From positions 53,530-117,529 of the forward strand of contig CAZWKL010000001.1 in assembly GCA_964633875.1 (NCBI GenBank): a stretch of DNA of 64,000 nt. Reading direction: 5' to 3'. This document shows positions 42,226 through 51,387 of the stretch, piece after piece. The position numbers and the translations under genes are program-made. Origin of the DNA: an uncultured Pseudomonadales bacterium. Its GTDB lineage: Bacteria > Patescibacteriota > Microgenomatia > UBA1400 > PJMF01. The stretch's first letter is position 1. The number at the start of each line of letters is the position of its first letter. Below the pieces are notes generated by a model, which ran no database searches, was not told where the DNA came from, and worked only from the letters and a program-made list of their open reading frames with translations.

Positions 42226-43354
42226 ACAGTAACAAAACTCCGCTGGAGCTAATTGCGAACCCACCTAGTATAACATTTAGCAAGCTTTTCTGTGAGGGTG
42301 GTTGAGCCGGCGTCTTGGCGTAGATGGCCTTGCCGGTAGCTTGGGTTGGAGCATTGTTTTCAGAGGCGTTCTCAGGGGTGGCGGTGAAGTCAGGCAGTGG
42401 CTGGTTGGGGCTGGGGGTGGAAGTTTGGTGGGTGGTGGAGTTGGTGGGGGCGGTGGGGTTGGTGGAATTGGCGGTGGAACCTGGCTGGTTTTCGGTGGTG
42501 GAGCTGGTAGAGTTTTGGCCGCCAGGCGAGGTTTGCTGTGGGTAGATGGTTTCACCCTTGGTACAGCCAGAGTAACTGGCGGTGGCAACAGTCTCGCCGG
42601 TGGGGGTTTCGATAAAGACTGAATCGCCGGTGTTGTTGAGCATGGCCTGCTGCCAGGAGGTTTTCTGGGTTTGGCCTGGGGGGATGGCGCCTGAGAGGCC
42701 ACGGAAGTTGTTTTGTTCATCCCGGATTTTCCAGTTTTCCAGGTTGAGGGTGGTAGGGCCGTGATTTTTGATGATGATCCATTCCGGCTGGTTTTCCAAA
42801 GGGCAGGGGTGGATTTCTTCGATGGTGAGTTGAGGCGGAGCGGAACTGGGTGGCGGACTGGTGGATGGTGAAGGTGTGGGGGTGGTGGCAGCGGTGGGAG
42901 GAGGTGTGGGTGTGGGGAGCAGGTTGGGACTGCCGGGAGTGGGGTCGGTGAGGAGGAAGACATTTTCGTTGGTGGCGCGGCGGCTCCAGCTTTTGCCGGG
43001 GGTGGAAGTTTCGTACTGCATGGCGTCGATTTGTTCGCCACTGGCATTGTAAAGCACCACGCCGTCCGCGCCATTATTCAGCTTCATGGAAGATAGCTCA
43101 AAAACTGCGTAGCCACCGGCTTCCAGCGTCAGGTTGCCAATGGTGTAAATCAGAGCCGGCGAAGCCAGTTGGTCGTAGAGCGTCCAGCCAGTGAGATTCA
43201 CCGGCTCAATATCGGGATTGTGCAGCTCCACCCACTCCGGCCCGTCTTGGGGCTGGGGAAAAACTTCGGAGATGACGGGGGCAGCGGAGGCCGAGATGGG
43301 GAGAAGCAAGAAAAAGCACAATGCAATCGGAAAGATGAGCAACAAATGCGTCAT
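42185..43354 (-). CDS. Secreted/membrane-anchored protein with two lamin-tail (LTD)-like domains and Pro/Thr-rich linkers
   Basis: Signal peptide; I.E..P....EW.ELHN....VNL.GW.L.D and LNN.GD occur twice; TPGSPN; C-terminal hydrophobic segment. Confidence 0.8.
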   Translation of the reverse strand: MTHLLLIFPIALCFFLLLPISASAAPVISEVFPQPQDGPEWVELHNPDIEPVNLTGWTLYDQLASPALIYTIGNLTLEAGGYAVFELSSMKLNNGADGVVLYNASGEQIDAMQYETSTPGKSWSRRATNENVFLLTDPTPGSPNLLPTPTPPPTAATTPTPSPSTSPPPSSAPPQLTIEEIHPCPLENQPEWIIIKNHGPTTLNLENWKIRDEQNNFRGLSGAIPPGQTQKTSWQQAMLNNTGDSVFIETPTGETVATASYSGCTKGETIYPQQTSPGGQNSTSSTTENQPGSTANSTNPTAPTNSTTHQTSTPSPNQPLPDFTATPENASENNAPTQATGKAIYAKTPAQPPSQKSLLNVILGGFAISSSGVLLLYEKRIVQIISAVG

Positions 43355-43407
43355 GGCTCTTTGATAGCACCAATTTCTGGCTTTAAGTGTAGAGGGACCG
43401 GAGTTCT

Positions 43408-45612
43408 CTAATGATGTCCCAAGATGTTCACAGAGTCTGAAGAGTCGGGATATTGAAGATTGAGATCATAAAGCAGGTTATACATCGTTACTTGAGCACG
43501 GAAAATGGGAGGGTAATCGGCGGAGCCGACAAAAAACTCTTCTTTAAATACCCCAGGCTCCACTTCTTTTTTGCTATAGATCATGGGTTTTATTTCAGCG
43601 TTGAAATATTGCAAAACCTCATCCCAATCTTCGCGGGCAATATCCCGCCGCATGTGCCAACTATCAAGCATTAAATAAACCAATTGGGTGAAGAAATAAT
43701 GAGGATCTTCTGTTGCTGGCCTGGAAAGCAAACCTTTCTCAAGCATGATTTGATTTAATGCCGGCATTTTTTCTTGATCATGTAAAAGTCCGGCAAAGTC
43801 ATAGAAGAGACGATTAACTAAATTATTGTTGAAATGATCTAAAATTTGCTCCCATTTCTCCGGCGGCACATTAGGCCAGACACCACCATCTCTCCAGAAC
43901 ATCTTTTCAAAGATATGATAAGCAGCATTCATATCATTTCCAGGATGAGTAGTCAGAATTCCGGCTTCAAGGAGCATGTTGGCGAAAGTTTCCAGTGACT
44001 GAGTAACCGAGGCCGGCGCATATGGTGGATCAATAGTAATATCTCTGGCAAATTCCTGATCGTCAACCAGATCTGTAAGTGGGGCAATTTCTCTGATAGC
44101 ACACGTTTTGTAGATATGCCAAGCTAGATTACTTCGGTCGTTTGCATTGAAATCTCCGGCGATATCAGAAAGGCGCTTAGTTACTAGAATGCTGGTGATT
44201 GCTTGAAACAAGCTGTTGTATTCATGTGGACCTTCCGTCCGCAGCACTTCCGAGTAAGCTACTCTCAGTTGTTTGGCTTCATCCTCATATTTCACTAATT
44301 TACTCTGCAAATCAAACAAAAGCTTCAATTCTTCGGTGTTATTTTCATTTAGCGCTTGTTTGAGTAGGAATGGTAAAAATTTCGGATTTCTTATTTGTTG
44401 AGAAACAAGTTTTTTTACAAAGCCTATAAAATTTTGACTGGCTTCTTCTCGCATGTGCTCGACAGTGCGCTGATAGGCAAACTCAGGATTGGTGGGGATT
44501 TCAGAAACCTTGTGCCAGGCATCTGTGTAATTAAGCAATTGCCACTCGTGCATTGGGTCAGTGATACCGATTTCATTAAGTGCGTCAGGGTTGCCTTCGG
44601 CAAATGGCTGCAGCCGGTTGGCATACCGCTCAAGATAAGTTGCTGCTAATTGTCTCATTTCTTCCCTGGTTTGCTGCACTCTCTCACGTTTGCTGGTGGC
44701 TTCCTTATAAGCCCGAGCTGCTTCAGGAAAATTTTGCTCAAACAAGATTGTCAAAGCAGTATTGGGATATCGGTCAAAGGCAGCCGCTCGTTCACCTGGT
44801 TCCATATCCATCATGCCGGTGGTTGGTTGCTCACGAAATCTGATTAAGTCGTAGTGTCTGATACCTTCATCGGGCAAGGCTTCATTGATTCCTCCGGGAA
44901 GATTGACGCCTATCTCAGCCAGTCTTTCTTTAATAATTAAAGCAGAGCCTCCTGGAGCCAGAGCAGAAACAGCTTTAATTTCTACTCCCATCGCTCTAGC
45001 GCCGGTGACGCCGACTTTTTGAATAATTGAAACATTGACATCCATATTGGAGATATCTTTAGGTTCAGAAAAGCCACCGATGTTTTCGGCGCTGATTTGC
45101 AGGGTTGAAACCAGAGTAATAAAGTCAAGATTGGCTGCATTTGCTAGCAAATGCAGTTTGTCGACAAAACCAGCAAAATAATCTTCAAAACTTTCTCCTT
45201 CGCGCTTTTCCGCTTCGTAGCAATTTCTGGCTAGAATCTTGAGGTGAATCGCTGACCCTTCAATCACTTCTCCTTGAGGAGTTTCTTTTCTTCTTGCCCA
45301 GGTACTGAGAGGGAAGAGGTGTTCTTTACCTTGGAAATGCTTTAGCCACAGTTGGTGTAGGGTAGGAGCTGAAACTTCGTAAGCACCACTACCCTCCGGC
45401 GGATAAGGACGTTTGAGAGCGGCTGCGGCGCCAGCCCTGAACTCCGGATTTCCCACCAGCCTGGTGACAGGATAACCGGCAACTGCAGTACCGACAAGGG
45501 CTGCCGCTGCTTTGAGAAAAGTTCTGCGAGACACTCCTGGTTTTTGAGTTTCTTCCTCAGGCTTAGGTCCCCGATCTTTTTTTCTGGAGCGCTTGGTTTC
45601 TGTTGGCATCAC
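43408..45612 (-). CDS. Hypothetical protein with twin-arginine-like N-terminal signal/anchor
   Basis: 734 aa; SRRTFLK followed by AAAALVGTAVAG; abuts upstream stop codon. Confidence 0.7.
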   Translation of the reverse strand: MMPTETKRSRKKDRGPKPEEETQKPGVSRRTFLKAAAALVGTAVAGYPVTRLVGNPEFRAGAAAALKRPYPPEGSGAYEVSAPTLHQLWLKHFQGKEHLFPLSTWARRKETPQGEVIEGSAIHLKILARNCYEAEKREGESFEDYFAGFVDKLHLLANAANLDFITLVSTLQISAENIGGFSEPKDISNMDVNVSIIQKVGVTGARAMGVEIKAVSALAPGGSALIIKERLAEIGVNLPGGINEALPDEGIRHYDLIRFREQPTTGMMDMEPGERAAAFDRYPNTALTILFEQNFPEAARAYKEATSKRERVQQTREEMRQLAATYLERYANRLQPFAEGNPDALNEIGITDPMHEWQLLNYTDAWHKVSEIPTNPEFAYQRTVEHMREEASQNFIGFVKKLVSQQIRNPKFLPFLLKQALNENNTEELKLLFDLQSKLVKYEDEAKQLRVAYSEVLRTEGPHEYNSLFQAITSILVTKRLSDIAGDFNANDRSNLAWHIYKTCAIREIAPLTDLVDDQEFARDITIDPPYAPASVTQSLETFANMLLEAGILTTHPGNDMNAAYHIFEKMFWRDGGVWPNVPPEKWEQILDHFNNNLVNRLFYDFAGLLHDQEKMPALNQIMLEKGLLSRPATEDPHYFFTQLVYLMLDSWHMRRDIAREDWDEVLQYFNAEIKPMIYSKKEVEPGVFKEEFFVGSADYPPIFRAQVTMYNLLYDLNLQYPDSSDSVNILGHH

Positions 45613-48600
45613 TATTCATGGTATGAGAATTTGGGGTTAAAAGCAATGTTGATTAGTAGAATTGCTGTGGTGGTTAAAATCAGGAATCCAGCAAATTCAA
45701 GTAATTGGGGCCAGAAAAAAACGATTACATGATAAGAACCCTCAGGAAGAACCCATGCATTGGCCCAACCATTATAGATGACATGATCTAAAAGGTGTAG
45801 ATTTGACAAATTGATAGCTATCCAGCCATTTTCATAAGTTTGTGATAGGGCAACCAGGCCGATATCTGGATTGTCGACCTTAAAACCATATTGATATGTA
45901 CCAACTTTCCATAAATTACTGATTTTGGCATGATTTATAATTTTCTCGGATTCACTTTGTGGTTTGATCACAATCCTACTTATAAAATCGAGCGGAACAG
46001 GATAAATTTCAATGTTTTCAATAATATTTTCACTGATTTCAGAGCCAAATGATCGGTTTTCCCAACTCAAATAATAGCCCTCATTTTCCAAATAAGGCCA
46101 TGGCAAAATTCCATAACTTATTTCTCGAGAGCTGTCGGGAATTAGTTCTTCAAGATCCGAGCGTCCGGCAGCGATGTTTTGCAGGTTTAGTTTAATTGTT
46201 CTACCGGAGATATTCTCAATTTGCCACCTCATTAGATACGAGCTGTGTTGATTTAGATCGAAAAGGTCAGCGCCATCGCAGGCAACACCCAAATCAACAC
46301 TTTGATAAACAACATTATCTGCAACTATTTTTTTAATTGATTCGTTTTTTCGCATTAAATCACAATTTGACACACTATTGGGGTTGGCGAATTCAGGACT
46401 GTAAGGTATGGAGCTGATCTGAATAACTAATTCAGAGCTAGGCTTCAAATCAACTGTGTGTTCTTGAGTCATAGAATCCCATGACTCAGTTGATAAAGAA
46501 ATTGATGCGACTCTATTAGAGTCGATAAACCTCTGGTCTTCTTCTTCTTCTATCTCAGCAAAATTAAAGGCAGATATTACTACGGGTCTATTTATTTGAA
46601 GATTAGCTTCGGTTTGAATAGTTTGTCCTTGTTGGATCTCAATTTGTTTTTCACCTATTTCTATAATAACGTTTTGAAACTCTAGTGGTATTGGTAAAGC
46701 GACGGAGGGGAGGGATGGCAGAGCAAATTGATCAGAGCCAGTTTTTATAATGATCTGTTGATTAAAATCGACTGTCACTAAACCATTTGTAAAATTGAGA
46801 CTAATCTGAGCCATATGTTCTTCTCCTTGTGCTAATGGCGGAAGAATTAATTTTGCATTATCAGTTAGTTCAGCTATGTTTTCCTTGATAATAAGCTGAT
46901 TATGTCCATATTCAACAAAAGGCGTTTGATCTTTTAGGTAATCTGCAAATGGGTACATTATTGGCTGTTTATCTATAAATAGATTGTGGTTACCAGACAC
47001 ATATGGGCCGTTGCCTTGATAGATAGGATCTCGCTTGCTGTAAGTGACATCGCCAATTGCTAAAACTAATGAGTCGGGAACGTAGACGAAAGATTTGCTT
47101 CCCACCAAGAGCCTAACATCATAAATTGATAGAAAATTCTCCTGCCAAGCAGGTTTCAAGCCTATTTCAGCTAATAAGTTTTTAATTTCTGGTTTTTTAA
47201 CTGTATCAGTGTTGTCATTAGGATTAATAATACTTTCATCTAAAAGTAGATAGGAGATATCAAATTTTTCTAGCGTTTCTATAAAGGTTTGTGGGTCATT
47301 TCCATATAAGGCTGCAGAAAGTTCTTTGTAGAGAGTTTCATTATGAGGATTCCAGCGGTCAAAGTCTCTGACTGTCATTGGTTGATTCATGCCAAACCAG
47401 ATAAATCCAGCTCCTTCGTAACCCCAATCATAAAATTCCCAACCTATAGGAGTTTGCAATGGTAAGTTAATTATTCTGGCTTGATCGGGCTGTGTTTCCA
47501 GCCAGTCATAAAGGGAAAAATAAGGTTGAGGAATATCATTTAATAATTTTTTGTTGATAAGCTGACCTTGCAATAGGGGTAAACCATACAAGCCCAAAAC
47601 AAAACTAACAAGGAATACTAAGGAAATGTTAATTGCCAAAGATACTTTAATAATTTTTCTAATAAATTTCATAACTTCATTCATAAAAACTGAAAAATAA
47701 ACTGAGGTTGAGAACATAAGTAAAAGAGAAAACTTAGTGAAAGGAGTCCTCAGTCCTTCTCTAAAGATAGCAACATTATCTCTTAACCAACCGAAAATAT
47801 AATTAAAAGGCGGATTCATATTCATCAGCATAAATATGGATAAGAGTATGATTGGCAGCAAAGCTGTTTCCACCTTCTTTTTTTTAAGCACACTGACTGT
47901 CAACCCAATCAAAGAAAAAGCGAAAATTGCATATCCAATTGAAATTATCCAAATATTGCCAATGTGTTCTTTCCACTGCGGTAGTAAATCGCCGAATCTA
48001 CCATCATTTTTGAGATCTAGCCAGTTGAAAAGGAAATTTCGGAAAATAGCTACATCTTGAATTTTTCCGAAATTAGCGTTGTGTAAGAATGATTCTGGAG
48101 AAAAAAGTCGGTTAATGTGTGAATTAGCAGGAATTTTAGCCGCATCTGTTAATAAAAAGTACAGATTTGGCAGTAACCAAAAACTATTGGCTGCTAAGGT
48201 TGCACCAATAACAAACAGGCTTTTTTTGAAGAAATTTCTTTTTCGTTCTTCCAGATTTAAAACTATTAAAAACAAAATCAGAGCTCCGAAGTAAGCGAAC
48301 CAAAGTTGAGAGGCATAAGCCATTGGAGTGGAGAAGAGGGAAATAACAAAAAATGCAAGTAAATATTTTGGATTTTCTGAATATAAAGACTTTATTGTGA
48401 ACAAGAAGAGCCAGCCCAAAACTGAGTATTGAACCGCGAACATCTCAAACACTACGTAAAAATGTTGGACAGTTCCAAGATTGAAAATATAAACTAAAGC
48501 TCCTAAAAATGCCGAAGCATGAATAATGTATCCTGATTTTTCTTCAAAAATCCCATTTTTAATAAAATAATAAATTCCCAACGGACCCATAATAAAACAG

Positions 48601-48926
48601 AGATAAACAAACCCAAGTCTGAGAAAATGGTCTGGTAAGACAAATGATCCGAGCCATAGAGTAATAATTCTGGGTAAGTCACTCATATGCGAGTGAGCAG
48701 CTACTGCACCCAAACCCTGATCTTGTCTCCAAACTCCAAAAATAACATTAGAAATTTGTGAGGGGAAATTAAATTCCGGATGCAATGTATCCCAGCCAGT
48801 CAGCCATTTTCCCGGAACGTAGTTTGTGATAATAATCAGTAAAGTAATCAGGAAAATTGATGCTGGCCAAAAAAAATTATTAAACCACTTTTTAGTGGGG
48901 ATATGGGCAGCAATATTTTTCATCAT
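45612..48926 (-). CDS. Polytopic membrane protein, putative GT-C-fold glycosyltransferase (AftD/YfhO-like) with large external domain
   Basis: Many N-terminal TMs, first-loop GWD..HPE acidic motif, R.P.TKF, YENGW and GWANAW before a final TM; coupled to GT2. Confidence 0.6.
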   Translation of the reverse strand: MMKNIAAHIPTKKWFNNFFWPASIFLITLLIIITNYVPGKWLTGWDTLHPEFNFPSQISNVIFGVWRQDQGLGAVAAHSHMSDLPRIITLWLGSFVLPDHFLRLGFVYLCFIMGPLGIYYFIKNGIFEEKSGYIIHASAFLGALVYIFNLGTVQHFYVVFEMFAVQYSVLGWLFLFTIKSLYSENPKYLLAFFVISLFSTPMAYASQLWFAYFGALILFLIVLNLEERKRNFFKKSLFVIGATLAANSFWLLPNLYFLLTDAAKIPANSHINRLFSPESFLHNANFGKIQDVAIFRNFLFNWLDLKNDGRFGDLLPQWKEHIGNIWIISIGYAIFAFSLIGLTVSVLKKKKVETALLPIILLSIFMLMNMNPPFNYIFGWLRDNVAIFREGLRTPFTKFSLLLMFSTSVYFSVFMNEVMKFIRKIIKVSLAINISLVFLVSFVLGLYGLPLLQGQLINKKLLNDIPQPYFSLYDWLETQPDQARIINLPLQTPIGWEFYDWGYEGAGFIWFGMNQPMTVRDFDRWNPHNETLYKELSAALYGNDPQTFIETLEKFDISYLLLDESIINPNDNTDTVKKPEIKNLLAEIGLKPAWQENFLSIYDVRLLVGSKSFVYVPDSLVLAIGDVTYSKRDPIYQGNGPYVSGNHNLFIDKQPIMYPFADYLKDQTPFVEYGHNQLIIKENIAELTDNAKLILPPLAQGEEHMAQISLNFTNGLVTVDFNQQIIIKTGSDQFALPSLPSVALPIPLEFQNVIIEIGEKQIEIQQGQTIQTEANLQINRPVVISAFNFAEIEEEEDQRFIDSNRVASISLSTESWDSMTQEHTVDLKPSSELVIQISSIPYSPEFANPNSVSNCDLMRKNESIKKIVADNVVYQSVDLGVACDGADLFDLNQHSSYLMRWQIENISGRTIKLNLQNIAAGRSDLEELIPDSSREISYGILPWPYLENEGYYLSWENRSFGSEISENIIENIEIYPVPLDFISRIVIKPQSESEKIINHAKISNLWKVGTYQYGFKVDNPDIGLVALSQTYENGWIAINLSNLHLLDHVIYNGWANAWVLPEGSYHVIVFFWPQLLEFAGFLILTTTAILLINIAFNPKFSYHE

Positions 48927-49702
48927 CTATTCAAAAGAGCCAGTCTAATAACTGAACTAGCTCTAGAAAGCTGCAAAGAGAGGTCTTGTTTAAACAGTTG
49001 CCACTGCAAGTTAAGGGTCTCTGCTACAGCTTTTAAAATTACCTTGGTACTATTACCGGTAGGCTGACCAATAAATCTTTGGTAATGTTGAACACCAACC
49101 TGAGTAATATTAAAGCGCATTCTATAGGTTTTGAGAAGCATCTCTGTAGAGATCATGGCCCCATCAGAGAAAAGTGGTTCAATTTCAACCAAAACTCTCT
49201 TGTGGATAAGTTTAAAGGCACAATCAATGTCTTTAACTTCCTTGGGGAAATTAAGCATAATTCGATTCCAAACTTTTAAAGCAGAGGTAAGTAGATGCCG
49301 TTTCCAACCTTCAGCTCTTTCTAAACGGTATCCAATGACAAGATCACTTTCATCAACGTACTCTATAAAGTGGATAATTTCTGAAATGTCGAATTGTAAG
49401 TCACTGTCAGTGAAGAAAACCCATTCATATTGAGCTTCCTTAAAACCTCTTTTCAGAGCTCCGCCGTAACCTCGGTTTGTTTGAGTCACTACTCTTACTT
49501 TTGGATATTTCTTAGCTAGGCGCTTACTAATTTGCAGAGTTGAGTCGGTGCTTCCATCGTTTATGATGACTATTTCGAATTTTTTAGCTACTTTTGAAGC
49601 AACCGCCAGAGCTTGCTTGACAACTTCCTCAATATTTCCTGCTTCGTTATAAGCCGGAAAGAAAATCGATAATTCTGATAATCGCTTGAGTTTAGTTTTC
49701 AT
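48923..49702 (-). CDS. GT2 glycosyltransferase (polyprenol-phosphate sugar synthase-like)
   Basis: PAYNE, NDGSTD, N.GYGGALK.G, FTDSDLQF, DIDCAFKL. Confidence 0.92.
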   Translation of the reverse strand: MKTKLKRLSELSIFFPAYNEAGNIEEVVKQALAVASKVAKKFEIVIINDGSTDSTLQISKRLAKKYPKVRVVTQTNRGYGGALKRGFKEAQYEWVFFTDSDLQFDISEIIHFIEYVDESDLVIGYRLERAEGWKRHLLTSALKVWNRIMLNFPKEVKDIDCAFKLIHKRVLVEIEPLFSDGAMISTEMLLKTYRMRFNITQVGVQHYQRFIGQPTGNSTKVILKAVAETLNLQWQLFKQDLSLQLSRASSVIRLALLNR

Positions 49703-49926
49703 CTGATATTTTTTTCCTCAAGGCATTTTTTATATAAGTCTTGAACAGGATACCAGACTGCAGCACCATCTTCTTCTGTGATGCTATAACGTGAACTTTG
49801 GGCACACTGAAACTTGGCTTCATTCTCAATTTCTTTTTCTTTTAATTCAGAAAATCTAATGATAGCGAAAACAATTGCTCCTACAAGAGAAAATATGCCA
49901 ATTAAGATTAGTAGACCTTGTTTCAT
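49699..49926 (-). CDS. Small membrane-anchored protein with two Cys
   Basis: N-terminal TM; stop overlaps GT2 start (ATGA). Confidence 0.65.
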   Translation of the reverse strand: MKQGLLILIGIFSLVGAIVFAIIRFSELKEKEIENEAKFQCAQSSRYSITEEDGAAVWYPVQDLYKKCLEEKNIR

Positions 49927-49979
49927 ATTACTTTCTCATGAATAAAGCTACTTATTAAAAATGCAAGTATGAGGTTTTC

Positions 49980-50014
49980 AAAAAGGCCAAGGCAATTTTT
50001 GCCTTGGCCTTTTT
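49980..50014. terminator. Intrinsic terminator, potentially bidirectional
   Basis: AAAAGGCCAAGGCAA-TTT-TTGCCTTGGCCTTTT perfect inverted repeat just downstream of the lipoprotein gene. Confidence 0.85.
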
Positions 50015-50022
50015 AGTTGCGC

Positions 50023-51249
50023 TTAAGGAGTTGACACCGTTTCGGCACGAATCAATCTAAATTGATACCTTGGTGTTCCATCTTCGTGGTTGCCCCATTG
50101 CATTCTTTCCACAGTCACTACAGTAACCTTTTCGCAGTTTTCTGGTAAGTCGCACTGACCAATGAAACCTGTTTCAGGGACTCCTTGACCAAGTCTGGCT
50201 CGATAATGATTTATCAGTCTTTGTTCTGTTTCTTGAACGTGATCAGGTTCACCGTTCCAAATTCGACCCCAACCTTGGAATCCAGCCTCAACGTGAACTG
50301 AATTGGTGGGAAATCTATATACATTATCAGTTCTGTTAATGATAAGCACTAATACGGCTCGTCCTGGTCCGCCCTCGACTCGCCCAATTCCCGGCAGTTC
50401 AGCATATTCTCCAGTATGAACCATCCAGCTATACATAGGAACCTGAGGACCAGACTCATGATTGGAATACTGGTTGTAATCATTAGTTCCATCCGTGTAT
50501 CCTGCCAATGGTGGAAAACCATTTAACTCGGCATTTAAGTAAGCTTGGAAATCTGCTGCGTTATCAGGAATTGGATCAAGCACTTTCGGTTCAATATCAC
50601 TCAATCTTAGTTCTGAATCAGGAGTGAAACCTTCTGCAGCAGAGAGATCAATTTCAGAAACGTTGCTGTCAGAGTCCATTAATTGAAACATGCTGTTTTC
50701 ACCCTCTGCCGCGCTAGCATAAGGCTGATCCCAATATGAAGCTTCTCCTGATGGTGCGGAAATAGTTTCGGTAGTTGTTACAGTAGTTGTTGAAACAACA
50801 TCTAATGAATTCTCTTCTATTTTTTCAGTACTTGGTGTTTCTGCAACAACTTCTTCTTCTATATCCGTATTTTCTAAAGATTCTAACTCAGCCCGATCTG
50901 TGTCAGCGCCAGTCACTTCTTCAGCTTCTTTGATTACATCAGTTTCTACCTCCTCTAATATTTCCAGATCAACCTGAGGGGTGGCTTGCGCCTCAGCCTC
51001 AATAGCGGCAACTCGTTCCTCTACGGAACCAAGCCGTTCGTTCAATTGATTCAAATTGGTCTCAAGCCCTGCTTCCACTCTATCCGCAGCTTGTCTGGCA
51101 GCCTCATCTGCTATAAGAGCCGAGTTTTGATCACTACTGTCACGACAGGCAACGGTAGTGGCAATGACAGTTAAACCTAGAGCACCGGCGGCGACATTTT
51201 TTCCATCCAACCCTCTGTTTTCTGGTTTTTCTGGGAAACGTTGTGACAT
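50023..51249 (-). CDS. Putative lipoprotein: coiled coil, acidic/Thr linker, unknown C-terminal globular domain
   Basis: AAGGA SD before ATG 51249; hydrophobic stretch ending TVAC. Confidence 0.65.
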   Translation of the reverse strand: MSQRFPEKPENRGLDGKNVAAGALGLTVIATTVACRDSSDQNSALIADEAARQAADRVEAGLETNLNQLNERLGSVEERVAAIEAEAQATPQVDLEILEEVETDVIKEAEEVTGADTDRAELESLENTDIEEEVVAETPSTEKIEENSLDVVSTTTVTTTETISAPSGEASYWDQPYASAAEGENSMFQLMDSDSNVSEIDLSAAEGFTPDSELRLSDIEPKVLDPIPDNAADFQAYLNAELNGFPPLAGYTDGTNDYNQYSNHESGPQVPMYSWMVHTGEYAELPGIGRVEGGPGRAVLVLIINRTDNVYRFPTNSVHVEAGFQGWGRIWNGEPDHVQETEQRLINHYRARLGQGVPETGFIGQCDLPENCEKVTVVTVERMQWGNHEDGTPRYQFRLIRAETVSTP

Positions 51250-51387
51250 GATTTTTTCCTTATAATTACTAACATTCAATGTGATTGGATCCAATCACAT
51301 TATTATATTTATATCAAAGTATATAATATCATTATATGGCTGTTCTTGTCAATAGTTTAATATTTAGATAAATATATAATAAGAACT

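Noticed and set aside
42277-43074. 265 aa Pro-rich alternative-frame ORF
   Set aside because: By-product of C-rich Pro/Thr linker codons in the LTD gene
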